From contig NW_014040548.1 in NCBI RefSeq assembly GCF_001186125.1, positions 32,873 through 96,872 on the forward strand: a DNA stretch of 64,000 nucleotides, in the 5' to 3' direction. The notes beneath the pieces were generated by a model, which did no database searches, had not been told where the DNA came from, and saw only the letters and a list, made by a program, of their open reading frames with translations. Positions 13,901-27,739 of this stretch are shown piece by piece. Positions within the stretch are counted from its first letter, which is position 1. Every line of letters starts with the position of its first letter. This stretch comes from Sphaeroforma arctica JP610 (lineage: Eukaryota). The position numbers were made by a program, and so were the translations under genes.

Positions 13901-14791
13901 CTGACATTTGACGGCCTGACACTGACAGGCTGACATCACCCCCAACGGCCCCAACAGAAGGATTAAAATTAAAATAAATATGACCTGCCGGCCTGCTGTT
14001 GTAGTACTGCTGTCTGCTGTAGTCTGTAGTAGAGTGTAGACTGTAAAGCCCTATACTGCTCTACTCTTGTAGAGAGAGAGCCAGAGTAGTGGCTACTATA
14101 ATAAAGTAGGGGTCACTGGCTGGCCAGGCCCAGTAGTGGACTAAATCCTACATGGTACTGTAGTGGTCAGTGGTCTGGCCTCTGGTGGCGTCCGGGGTAC
14201 GGTCTGGTGGTCTGGCCAGTGGCCAGTTCACTGGAGTCTGGCCAGTGGCGACTGGCGAGTCGATCATTCGACTGAATGCAAAAGAGTTTGATAAAAGTGA
14301 TAAAATACAAGACATCAAATGGTCAAATGGGTCGAAGCCTCGCTTACGCTGCCTCACAAGACGCGAGTTCGCGACTCACTACTCGCAAGGCTCAAAAATC
14401 GAAGTGTCGACAACTCGACAACTCGACACTCGACTGTCGAGTCTCTGACCTTTTTCCCTTTCCACTGGCCAGTGATCACTGATAAAAAGTTAAACAAATA
14501 GTGATCACTAAAAAATCACTCTGAACTCTGAACTCTGAAGTCTGAATTTAGTGATTCAGAGGACTGTCAAAGACTCAAAGCCAAAGGTCTGAACTCTGAA
14601 CTTTTGAAGCCTCAAACGGGAGTATTATTCTCAAAAACAACTCAGGAATGGTAGATGGTGTCAAAATATTTAGAGACACTCACAAAAACTGAGATCTGAG
14701 GTCTGGACTCTGGACACTGGACAATCATCAGGCATCAGGATTTAGGACATGATCAGGCCACAGTGACAGAAGTTCAGAACAGAGAATCAAA

Positions 14792-15236
14792 AGGCCGACC
14801 GCAGTCACCGCGTCAGTGGTAAAAATCCGGATTCAAAAATCCGGTGGGGAAAGAACGAATACTGTGTGTCTATTGGTCAATTAGATTTTGAATTTATATC
14901 GGGTACGGAACTTTTCAAAATCGGTTTGTTACAAAAAATGAAATCCATTACGACGCTCAATTTCTCCAGTTACTCCAACCTTATTGGACATCAAAATTCC
15001 AGACAAAATTTTGAAATTTCGGATTTTGTAATACATAGCCGGATTTTAATTATGTTTTTTGTTCTATTTTTAGAAGGCTATATGTTTTTGTACGACAAAA
15101 TCCTAGGCCTGGATTTTGTCCACTTCTCAAAAATTGAGACCGGATTTTGTTGCCGGTGCAGACGTATTTTCAAAATTTTATTAATAAAAATCAATTTATG
15201 TAGTTGGACGGATTTTGTCATCTGTGCGGTCGGCCT
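14792..15236. mobile_element. MITE-like element
   Basis: 12-bp perfect inverted repeat AGGCCGACCGCA (14792) / TGCGGTCGGCCT (15236), with inverted subterminal AAAATCCGG/CCGGATTTT motifs. No coding capacity and no TSD resolved. Confidence 0.5.
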
Positions 15237-15799
15237 CATAAATGTCAATAAAACACGACTGGGACGCCGCAGGGACTGAAAGCGTTTAATCAAAAAGGGT
15301 AGTTCATTTGTTTTTTATGCAATATTTATATTTATCCGCGCAGGGCGGAGAGAGCTTGCTGAGTGTTACACGTACACGCTCTCACTCACACTCACTCTCT
15401 CTCTCTCTCTCTCTCTCATACTCACACTCACACCCACACTCACACTTACACTCACATTCATTCTCATACACTCTTACTCATATCGGCCTAATAGATGGCA
15501 ACAAAAGTATTTATTGTTCTATTTTTTTTTATGTTCTAAAAATTCGCCTACCAACCGGGTCAGAATCTTAGGGCAGGACCGATTTAATTAAATGTGTTAA
15601 TAGGCCGAGCCTTATTTTATCACTTTGGACGGATTAAGAACACACTACTTGTGAACAATTATTGTTTTTGAACCTAAATCACAAAACCAATATTTCGCGA
15701 GTTATAAACATGCACGTATTAGTTGGTAGGTCAGATTTGGGTTATGTTAGAAACACGATTATGGTGTGCTATCAACGTCTAGGAAGGGTCTAAACGTGA

Positions 15800-17560
15800 T
15801 ATACAATGTTTATTAGGTGTCTAGTATCACCGTGTGTACCCATAATGATAGGAATATCACTACCCAAGCTGCGATAGTAAAGATGTCACAGAAGTACGAC
15901 TTAATAGTCGGGATGAGCGATTTACTCACTCTAGGTATAACCGTAACAGGCTTTCCCAACAACATAGACCCATTAAAGGATCAGTCAGACGATAATTTTC
16001 TAAAACCATATACACCACCATCGGACACAGTCAAGGAATTAATTACTGGCTTTGCCGATAAGATAATGGATCTTATATTAGTAAATAAGAAGATAAAAAT
16101 AACCGACTGGGCGAAATTCCGCTTCAACGACGGATACGTCAGCCTTGACTGAACCAAGGTAGACTTTACTAAGCTCAAATGTCCTTCAAGAAACTATGTT
16201 TCTTAGAGACACGAAGCTGTAGTTAAAGAACAAGTCGAGAAATGGGTATCCGATGGAGTAATCAGAATCAATTACCAACAAAGGCCAGTTAACTTAGAAT
16301 TATTGGCAGTTGACCAACACTACTCTGACGGAACATTTAAGAAAGTCAGAGTATGTCTAGATATGAGTCCAATAAATAAGTTATTGCCGACTCATAGTTT
16401 TAGGGTTATCAAGTAATGGAGAAAATGTTTCCAGACATGCCTAACGTGCAAGTCTATAGGTATGACATAGTCATCTTTTCTAAGACTAAGGACGAACATG
16501 CCGCATTCGTCAGACGAGTCCTTCAGAGACTCAACGAATAAAAAATGAGAAGAAATGTCCCTTCGCAATGAGCGAAATACAGTTATTAGGCTATCGTATA
16601 TCTGGAACTTGCTCTATCCTTTAAAGGACAAGAGTACGCAGACCGTGGCAGAGTTATGTTGCCAAGTCTTTGCTGACCACGGGTGGCCAAGTATCATGTG
16701 CACTGATAATGGTAGCGAATTCTGCGATGACGTAATGGAATCGGTAGTACTCGTATCAGGCATGTGCCATAAAAGGGGTGTGTACCATATAAACCGCAAA
16801 CACAAGGCGCTAATGAAACGCGCCATATATGACTAAAGTTCTTCTTACGTACTGCATTAACGGATGATGCAGATGATTGGCCGTACCACCTTAAGTGGGT
16901 ACAAACACAGATGAACGAGTGTGCTGATCCGGTTACAGGAACAACACTCGCTCACTATTTTCGTGGTGATTATAGTGAGTTACAAATACCCTTTAACAAG
17001 GACGAACCTGATCATCATGAATTACCATGGTTAGAGAAGGTACAACATTGTATATCCTTGCTTGCGAGAAACACGCAATATTGCCTTATTAAAAAGGCAA
17101 AGTAGATGGAACGCTACCAAAAGATTCAGAGTATCAGGTTGGAGACAGAGTTAACATCCGTCAGCGTAATTCCGATGCTACTATACTAATATCGAAATGG
17201 ATAGGACCATATATAATCTTTGTAGCCGACACTAAAAGTGGAACCTGTGAGGTTAATATCCCCGACGGTTCTCGTGCTTTAAATATATGCACTAGTCGGA
17301 TTCCGACTACTGAGATTATTCTCGAAAGAAGACATGATTCTAGTGCACCTCTTGACCGCTCCAAATTCAAAGATGTTATATGGAGAACGGAAAAAGGAGG
17401 ATATACATATAATCGTACACACTTTATAGACGGTACAATCGCTGAGTTAACTTCAGATGCTTTTGACTATCAGGACTATTTAAAGGTCTTTAACAGAAAA
17501 TGGCGTAAACGCCTACATAAGTCAAAAGCTGAAAAAGATAGCATGTTCCCATCAGCGTAA
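15800..17560 (+). mobile_element. Degenerate, internally deleted Ty3/Gypsy retrotransposon (lineage A, copy A1)
   Basis: Post-protease segment MSQKYDLIVGMSDLLTLGI (paralogous to 21522-21842), RT start KKVRVCLDM, RT DIVIFSKT, a jump directly to the integrase core (GWPSIMCTDNGSEF), and a C-terminal chromo-like segment (THFIDGTIAELTSDAFD). Multiple stops and frameshifts. Confidence 0.85.
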
Positions 17561-17659
17561 GAAACGTCCAGTCGACCACCACGGACCTTTTTGGACCTAA
17601 ACCCAAAATTCACAGGGTAAGCGAGAACGCTTAACTTCTCCGCCTGAGAAACATTAACC

Positions 17660-17864
17660 AAAACTGCCGCCCATTGGCCCTGACCTCCTTCAGCAATTAC
17701 AGGAGTGCCACAACTTCCACGGTATCTGGACCCTCCACGAACACCTTGGATCTTTTCTCCAGCATGTTAAAGAAACACCGTACCCTCACCCGTCCCTGAC
17801 ACATCAACAGATGTTCCCCATACCCCCGGCTATTCACGCTGTTGAAGTACTACTTCCAAATATC
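17660..17864 (+). mobile_element. Fragment of the non-LTR retrotransposon family (C-terminal region), ending at an N gap
   Basis: Near-identical to the reverse complement of ~33425-33630 and ~51800-52000 (PDLLQQLQECHxFHGIWTLHEHLG). Confidence 0.85.
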
Positions 17865-19839
17865 NNNNNNNNNNNNNNNNNNNNNNNNNNNNNNNNNNNN
17901 NNNNNNNNNNNNNNNNNNNNNNNNNNNNNNNNNNNNNNNNNNNNNNNNNNNNNNNNNNNNNNNNNNNNNNNNNNNNNNNNNNNNNNNNNNNNNNNNNNNN
18001 NNNNNNNNNNNNNNNNNNNNNNNNNNNNNNNNNNNNNNNNNNNNNNNNNNNNNNNNNNNNNNNNNNNNNNNNNNNNNNNNNNNNNNNNNNNNNNNNNNNN
18101 NNNNNNNNNNNNNNNNNNNNNNNNNNNNNNNNNNNNNNNNNNNNNNNNNNNNNNNNNNNNNNNNNNNNNNNNNNNNNNNNNNNNNNNNNNNNNNNNNNNN
18201 NNNNNNNNNNNNNNNNNNNNNNNNNNNNNNNNGATAATTCTTGATAAGTGGCAAGTTATTGGTTAATGCAATAACTATGGACATCCAGAGTATTTTTCTT
18301 TTTTCTTTTCTTTTCTTTTTTTCTAAAGATAGGATTTTATGAGTCTTTCGGATTCGCGCCAACGAAACGAAACACTAAATAAAATCCCTTCGGCGAAAAC
18401 AGTACTGAGAGGATTATATATAGGCAATGTCTCAGCCTCGCAATCCCGGAGATTGTTGCTGTTTTATTTCGTGTATTTACTTTGAATTTAATTATACTTA
18501 GACTTAACCTAAGCGTTTAATTACTCTAAGGCGTTAATATCGCCTTGATAGACCGAAATTTAATCTATTCACTTCGTGAGTATCACTCTTCTCATCATGT
18601 TAGGAAATAACAAGATTTATAATATGAACATAATAGCCAACTTTGAACTGAACAATGTTCTTAGTGTTATTCCATCGGTCATACGCTTTAAGTAGAACAT
18701 GATTTTTGTGCTCGAGTAAACAGGGGTAAACAACGTTCTGCATATGCTCGATCTTTTGTAGCTACGGAGTAACGTGTTTCTCGGGTGCAGTTTTGTCAAA
18801 CTTTGCTTGTAATTCACTATAGCGGCCAAAGAAATAGTGAAACGGGAGTGTTCCAGTTTGAGGATTCATGCAGTTATTCATTTGAGTCTGAACCCATTTC
18901 AAATGATTAGGCCACATATCCTCAACGTCATCTAGTGTGGTACTCAATAGCTTCTTTAGTTCTCTATGACGTGTCTCATTTGCACCCTACGTTTGAGGTT
19001 TATAAGGAACACCACGCCTATGGGTCATGCCTGATACGAGTATAAGGGCCTCCATTACGTCGGTACAAAACTCACTACCATTATCAGAACATGGTACTCG
19101 GTGGAAACCGAAGTCATTAAAGACGTGATAGCATACCTCTGCCACTGTTTGCGGGCGTTTGTTTGGTATTGCATAAAGCAAGTTATAGCCCGAAGCCACA
19201 CATATGAAATGACAGATATATACATCGCCAGTATGCTTGGATCGTGGAGTTTAACCAAATCGACTATGACTCGGCGCATCGGTTGGTCTTCTGTCACACT
19301 TTTTAGGGGTGCCCAATTGTAGCGCTTGATCTGGCTCTTTTCACAATCAGTACAGTGTCGGTATACTTCACGTATGATTTCATTCAGCGCCGGGTGATCA
19401 AGCCCTACACGAATAGCCATCTTATAGGTATGCTCATATGCTCGATGAGTTAAATTATGTATTATTTTAACTCTACGCTCGAGCTCTTCTAAGTCAGTCA
19501 GATTCTGTGTAGGGCAACTTCAGTATCAGGAGGGGTAGACTCCTGAGATACGTAATTAACAACATTGGATTGTTGGAGTATCTTCTTCAGTTGTTTCGCA
19601 ACTCCTGGCTGTTTTTGAAGCAGTGTTTTAAGTAGTTGAGTGCGAGCTTCGGGTTCTCTTAGAGCTTTGAGTCTTTGATCCATGGACTTAGCTAGTTCCA
19701 TGTTTTTACGATCTAATGTCGTCTCAATCGGCATTACCTCGACTGTATTCTTGTTGGGTGCATGTGTTGTACGAATCTTGAGCTTTTGTTCAAACTCCTT
19801 AGACTCCTCTAGTTTAGCTAAGAACTCGGTTGAGGGTTT

Positions 19840-20265
19840 TCACTTAGTGGTACCTGCAGGACCGATGCGACAAACGATGGTGTGTTTCCAAGGTGTCTTC
19901 TTAATAGAATAGGATCCCTGATACAAGAACGTGTCGGTTTCACGGTCGACATAGATAGGCTCGTCTTGTATCATATTAATTAAATCACGTATCCATGGTT
20001 CGGAGCTACGTAAGGGACAACACTGCGTAATGGTAGATTTAGTAATATTAACATAATTTAACAACTGTGCGATAAGTTGCCAAGGTGGGTTAGCCCACGC
20101 ATTATGCTTTGATAAGTCAAGTTGAAAGGCATCATCTTTAGGATGAGTCAACGACCTATAATCAGAAACCTGTTTGTTATGTTCTGCGGCGAACATATCA
20201 ATAGTAAATAGACCCCATCTTGATTGAGCGAGGTTGAACCATTTCTTATTAAGCATCCAATCGGT
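19840..20265 (-). other. Dam-like DNA N6-adenine methyltransferase domain within Gypsy pol (copy A2)
   Basis: DWMLNKKWF...FTIDMFAAEHNKQ...DDAFQLDL...AWANPPWQLI...CCPLRSSEPW, in frame directly after the RNase H end (HLPDILSR). Confidence 0.85.
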
Positions 20266-23200
20266 TGCTAATAACTCTTTAACTGTTCTTTGGTAGTCAG
20301 GGACAAGTCGAGAGAGTATGTCAGGAAGATGGTTATTTATTCCTGGTATGTATGTAATGTTAAAAGCGAACTTAGCAATAATGTCATGCCAGCGGCTCAC
20401 CAACTGTGAATCAGGGCCCATGTCCTTTAAATATGTTAAAGACTTTTGATCACAGGCGACAGTAAAGTAACTTCCATAAAGGTAGTCTTTAAACTGTCTT
20501 AACGCAGTAACTATAGCAAGGAGCTCTTGTTTAACGGTAGGGTAATTCCGTTGACTCTTATTATATCTCTTGCTAAATAATTATATGTAGCACTCCACCT
20601 ACCGCTCGATCCGAAACGTCGGTTGCTACTTGGAATGGGACGTCATCCACGGGGTATTGCATGATGGGTGCGTCCATTACTTTACTTCTGACTAGCTTAA
20701 ATGCATCATCACATTCCTTAGTCCAAAATTTTCCCGAAGTTCCTTTGTGCAGCCGTAGGTGACTGAAAGGCTTTAAGTAATGAGAAAGATGAGGTACCGA
20801 ATCCGAGAAGAAGTTAACAAACCCACACACAGAGTTCACATCTCTTCCAGTAATCGATGTTGATAAATCCAACAGAAATTGTTTCTTGCCAGGATCAATT
20901 TCTACCCCTGCTGCAGATACCTTGTAACCAAGTAAGTGTATAGTATCTTTAGCAAAAAAGCACTTGTCTTCGTTAATCTTAAGTTTGGCATGGTTTAGTC
21001 GCTTTAAGACTTCCTTAGCGAGTTTAGCATGTTCATGTGCTGTCTTTGTAAAGATAACTATATCATCTAAAGATACTGATACGTTATCCGACCGGTCCGC
21101 AAATAGTTCCACCATAACATGTTGGAAGAAAGAAGGTAGCATGTGTAAGCCTTCAGGTGCACCTTTAGACTGGTACTTCTTACCTTGCCAAGTAAAGGAA
21201 AAGTATTTCCTACGTGGCTCATATATTTGTAATTGATGGAATGCAGCTTTTTTAAGTCTACCTTGGAAAAGATAGTCGCACCTTCCATTTTGCGTAATAT
21301 CTCGCTGATCTTTGGTTAGGGAAAACTATGTTGCGGAATTAGTTTGTTGATTGGCGACAGTTTTAGTACTACTCTTGTTTTACTAAACGTTTCATCAGAT
21401 TTATATTGATCGACCGCTAAGAGAGTTAAGTTAACTGGGGTTGCATCATAATTGATTTCAATTAGACCCTGTTTTAACCAATCTTCAATTTGGATTTTGA
21501 CAACGTCTTTGTGTCTCCAACTTACGTAGTTATGTGAAGGATATTTTTTAACTTAGAGAGGTTGACGTTTGTTAAGTCAAGCTTAACGTACCCGTTAGAG
21601 AACTTAAACATACACCAGTCAGTTATTGCAATCTTCCTGTTTTGTATAATTAAGTCTATAATTATATCGGTAAAGTGCGGAATCATATCCTTTGCTTCAC
21701 CTTCCGGAGGTTTAGTTATCTTTAACATATTATCATCTGACTGATCTTTATTTGGGTCTATCCCATTTGGCAGACCAATGAGGGTTATACCTAAACTGAG
21801 AAGATCAGTCATACCTATAATTAAATCGTATTTCTGAGACATGTCAGTAACGATTAGGCGAGTCTTTACTTCATGTGTGCATAGTCAATGGCTTCTTCGC
21901 AAGTGGTAACTTTGCCATTTCCCAATATTAAATTAGTTGTTTCGTTATGGATAGCCATATCTGTAGCGTAGGTTACTCGGCGTGAGATAGCTGAGACTTC
22001 AGCCCCTGGATCAAAAAGTGCTATAACTTTTTCTCCATTTATATAAACGGTTTGAAATATACGTTCATCTCCTTTGGTATGGATTTTATTGAACACTTTC
22101 TCATAACCTTGCTCTAGTGCACACATATGGAACTGTCAGTACTTAACTTGGACGTCCGGCATGTCCTTGCAATCATCTTTGTGCCAACCGTTAGTACCAT
22201 TGCAAGTAGTACACTCTTTCATATAGTGTACAGAGTTTGGATTGCCTGGTGCACACTGAAACTTCTGGTAAAGGTATTTTTGTCATCCCGTCTATAATTT
22301 TCCTTCAAAGCTATCCGAAAGCAGGGATGTAGCATATCTTATCTTATCTTACCTTAGAACCATCCTTGAGTCACTCCCCTCCTTCCAAGAGGGAAGGGGG
22401 CTGATGGCTCCCAGGCTACTGAATTAGATGGATACTCACAGCTACTTAAAACATTACAGAGTCGTGTTTACCATTCCACTTGCCATCACGTTTAGTGAGG
22501 TTGTACCCACACTTCTTGCAAGGTGCTCTCTCCTTCCTTTCACCCTTTGGTTCAGTAGCAGTAGAGCTTTTACCACCTCTAGCAGTAGTGCGAGGTTTCT
22601 TAGTATCACGCGCAGTGTTATTCTCTAACGCGGTACGCTTAGCGGGCTGGGTAAAGCTCGCGGTACTAAGTACTCTAATAGATGGGTTGGTGTGCTTTTG
22701 AACTATCTCCTCAAAGACATGCCAAGGCATAGATCGCAAATCACCATTGGCGATGATATCATCATTGACCTTCTTAAAAAGGTTAGCCCTCAGAGTTTCC
22801 ATCATCTGACAAATTAATAAATAATCGTCAGTATAGGTACAACCTCCCATCCGAGTGTTCATATGTGTCATATGAGCTAGAGCACCTCGAATAGTAGTAT
22901 CGTTTGCAAAGGACTTGCGAGACTCTAGAAGTTCACGGTCACGTGCATTTTCAAAGAAGGCGTTAAGTATATTCTCACACAACTGGCGCCAGGGTAGGGC
23001 TTTCCAGTTGGGCTCATGGGCCTTCAAGATAGTTTTCCATTCCTCTGACTCACAGAAATGAATAAAGGCATTCATCATCTGCTTATCCTTAAGGCTGGCA
23101 GACTCCTTAAGTTGGTCAAAGGCCCTCAGTGTCTCCACTGTACTCTCATTAGTAGAGAAATCGACCTCAGCCTTCGCGTTACCTAGCTGCTTTATAAAGC

Positions 23201-24568
23201 TTGGTTCGAAGCGTTCACGAGGCTCACGCTCAGTGCTACTGGCTGCTAGCGCCAAGATAGAGTCTATCTCCTTTCTCTTGTTATCGATTAGATAGCAAAT
23301 GTTATCCGCTTTCTTATCGTCAAGGTCAGAGTCGTTCAATAGACGGTCCTCAAGGACTTGCATACCAGAACGTAATAGCCTGAGAAGCTAAGACGGTGTT
23401 GTCTGGTTCTCACTCCCTCGTCTTCAGAGCTAGAGTGGGTACTCTCTAGTGAGGTACTGGTATAACGATTACCAAAGTCGTGATTACCAGGATTAGATGG
23501 TAAATGAGGATCGATGTTATGAGGGTAGTAAGCCTCATCGATTTCCATACGATCATAGCCTCTAACAGGGTTAGGTTTGTCGAGAGGATGGTCGATTGTA
23601 GCTTCCGAGCTATAGAGATTAAATCTTTAGGTTTTATCCACTTCACCTGCGGTAACTGGCTCAGTGGTAACCCTGCTGGCTGGTAACCCAGTGGGTCCGA
23701 GATTTGAAACCCGGCTCGGAATATATTTTTCTTTGGTATAGAAAGGATATCGGCCACGTGAGATATGATCGAAGGGTCAGAAGCTGCGGCAGCGGCTAGC
23801 TCCTTTGAAAGGTCATCTTTACGGTTCAAATGGCGTCGAGATTGAGAAGATCCAACCACTCGTTGTCGAGTTATGGCGTCCCCAACATCTGCGTCTTCCG
23901 CCCCAACATTCAGTGGCGAGGCATTCAGTGGCGAGGCATTCAGTGGCGAGGCATTCAATAAAATTTCACGAAATGGAACGCCACCATCTTTGTTAATAGG
24001 TGAATTGGGCTGACTTTTAGTAGTAATAAACCGTCGATCTCGAGACGATTCCTCCACTTGTTCAGGAGATATAGCCTTTCCAATATCTGACTTTTCGCGG
24101 TCAAATGGCGAGCTGAGGCCCTGGGCTGCGCTACTAGGAGACATACGGACGCTGGCGAGCCTTTCCGCGGCAGTTGAGACCTCCACTTCCAAGGCTTTAG
24201 GGTCCGACGAGTCATCCTCAGAGTTTTCCTCAGAACCAAGCTCAGAAACAGCTTCGTCTACAGCTTCAACGGCAGGCTCAGTACCAGACGGACAAGCGTC
24301 CCCAATAACCTCATGATCCTCAACAGGCTTAGTAGGCTTAGAACTGGCGGCTCCCTTGCCTTTAGAATTTCCTTTAGCCATAGTAATAGCTCAAGAATAG
24401 GAAATTAATAAAGTCTAGGTATAGTAACTAACGTATAGCTAACTTTAGGGTAGTATTAGCCACTATGAGGTAGTATATAATACTTACAGTCCTATCGCTG
24501 GATAGTAAGCAGTTGTTAGACAGTCTAGAAGCAGTACACCATGGTAACTACTAAATAACTGAAAAATA

Positions 24569-25123
24569 TGGAAACTTAGACGTATATATTTATGTCTTAA
24601 ACTATGTTATATATACTAAGATACAATTTCAGTCAGATAGAATTTAGCAGTGGTAGCTTGTGTAAGAATGATCGGGACTGCCTCTTGGTAAGAGCCTTAA
24701 TATCCTCGATCACCCAGGACGTACCTCTAACTGTTCTTTATTGAAAAAAAAAATCACTAGAAGTACTAAGTGTTCATGACCACATGTCTAATTTGTAGAT
24801 AGACATACGAACGTAAGTCAAGTTAATACATTAGCTAATATAAATAAAGTTCCATCTGAAGAAAAGTTAAAAAAAGAAAAAGACTTATTAGATTTTGGAG
24901 ATTGGCAGGAAGACCAAAACCTGTAAGTAGTAGTTCAGAGATTATAAAATTTGTTATAATATCCTACATCTACTATCGTCTCAAATAGGTCTAAGTAAAT
25001 NNNNNNNNNNNNNNNNNNNNGAGAAAAAAACTTGTATTAAATTATTTTAAATACAAATAAAAACCATTGTGTTATCTCATTTGATCTTGATATTTTAGAC
25101 TGACCGGAGGCCGTGTTTCTACA
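24569..25123 (-). repeat. 5' LTR of Gypsy copy A2 (contains a 20-N gap)
   Basis: TG...CA termini; colinear with the solo LTR at 33710-34303. Confidence 0.85.
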
Positions 25124-25210
25124 TGCAAGTGTGCTTGCAGCGGGTTGATTAGTACTAAAAATGTGGTCGTCAGAAGGGATCAACTAAGGTAGTCGGCGAG
25201 GTGCATGTGG

Positions 25211-25395
25211 TCAAAACCAAGTGACACTTAATAAAGAGTGTTAAGTCTGAAATAAGTGAACTCAGTCAGAAGTGCCATTGGGAATGGCGCAACTGCTATA
25301 TTTATTAATCACGATCCTATGTGAAACGAGACTTTTTCTACCACCGGGTTATGTGCAAATACCCGTCTCTATGGTTTCGTATGAGTCATCATAAT
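25211..25395. repeat. Dispersed ~180-300 bp repeat family; other copies at ~31790-32070, ~49250-49400, ~50310-50530 and ~50640-50805
   Basis: Shared core GTGTTAAGTCTGAAATAAGTGAA...AGAAGTGCC...TATTTATTAATCACG(A/T)TCCTATG. Confidence 0.8.
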
Positions 25396-26274
25396 TTCGT
25401 ATGTACATGTGCACAAATTGTATTTCGTGTGTATGTGGGCACAAATTGTATAACCATGGAGGTCGAATGCCCAATCTCATCAAATGTTATGATACTAGGT
25501 GTTGTGTATATATAATTACCAAGCCGACTTCTATTGTATGCCTTTTCTGAAATGTTTTTTTTGTTTTATCATATAGATTGTAATAAATATACAATGTGCA
25601 TTTGCACGTATCGCTCGAATTGCATACATTAACTGCTTATGTAATTGCACATGTTTATATTAGTGCAAATTTATCTTATTATTCGTTATTGTTGCTGTGT
25701 TGGAATGATACTAGTGCCGTGTGATATCCTATTAATTGATAATTATATTAGTGACGTATGATAAATATCTGTCTACAACTAGCATGTCATTGTTCTTTGT
25801 GATCTTTTATTGCTAACACTATTCGTTGTGGTCCAATACATGAATGTATTATACAGTATATTATCGTGACTATTTGTATGTACCTCGGGTTGCTGTTGTT
25901 TAGTCTATTATCATTATCGATGTTTTACTATTGTTTTGTACATATCTACTTGGCCTTAGAATGTCATTCAGTAAATCTAATTGTGACTTGTACGGCCATT
26001 GATTTAATATTGTTATTGTGCCATTATTATCCTAGGTTTATGAAGCCCGTACTGTTTTCTCGTATATTTATAATAAATTATATATCTGTGTTATATATTT
26101 TGTATTATTTTCCTCGTTGTATATTCTATTCTGAAGTGAGGTAATATGTGTATATGCTGTAACATCGATCTTATTTTATTTTTTAAATTTATTTAAATTT
26201 GCATTGGCATATAAGTATGTATCACATACAATAATTATGTAGAGTAATCATACAAGTCGAATATTCGACTATGT

Positions 26275-27510
<1,236 letters not shown>

Positions 27511-27739
27511 AGCAATGTACTGTTATTAATGTTCTCTATTATATGTGTAAATAGGAGTGCTGTAGCATGCGCAGTTACTGAGATATCCGTGTTTGTATGT
27601 GTTATATGTTGATTATAAGAGTGTTAACGCTTATTGTAATACGTGAGCGTTTTATCCAAACCGTTTTCATTTTGCTTTAAAAAATGATAAATTTAGGCCC
27701 ATTTCTAGGCCCAGTTTTTCTGTAAGTATATATGTAAAC

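Larger units (their letters stand above)
18700..25123 (-). mobile_element. Ty3/Gypsy retrotransposon (lineage A, copy A2): 5' LTR, gag-like ORFs, Zn knuckle, PR, RT, RNase H, Dam-like MTase, integrase; 3'-truncated and pseudogenised
   Basis: ORFs 24381-23446 and 23363-22446; CTTCNGTNGWHKDDC at ~22215-22170; protease ALFDPGAEVSAIS; RT IFSKVDL and VSLDDIVIF; RNase H VATDVSDRAVGGVL...PDILSR; NPPW at 20091-20080; integrase HCTDC...VIVD...CSDNGSEF. Confidence 0.93.

Noticed and set aside
19055..21290. Calling the MTase-bearing elements DIRS/Ngaro retrotransposons
   Set aside because: They have an aspartic protease, an HHCC-DDE integrase, TG..CA direct LTRs, PPTs and TSDs. No tyrosine recombinase was seen.
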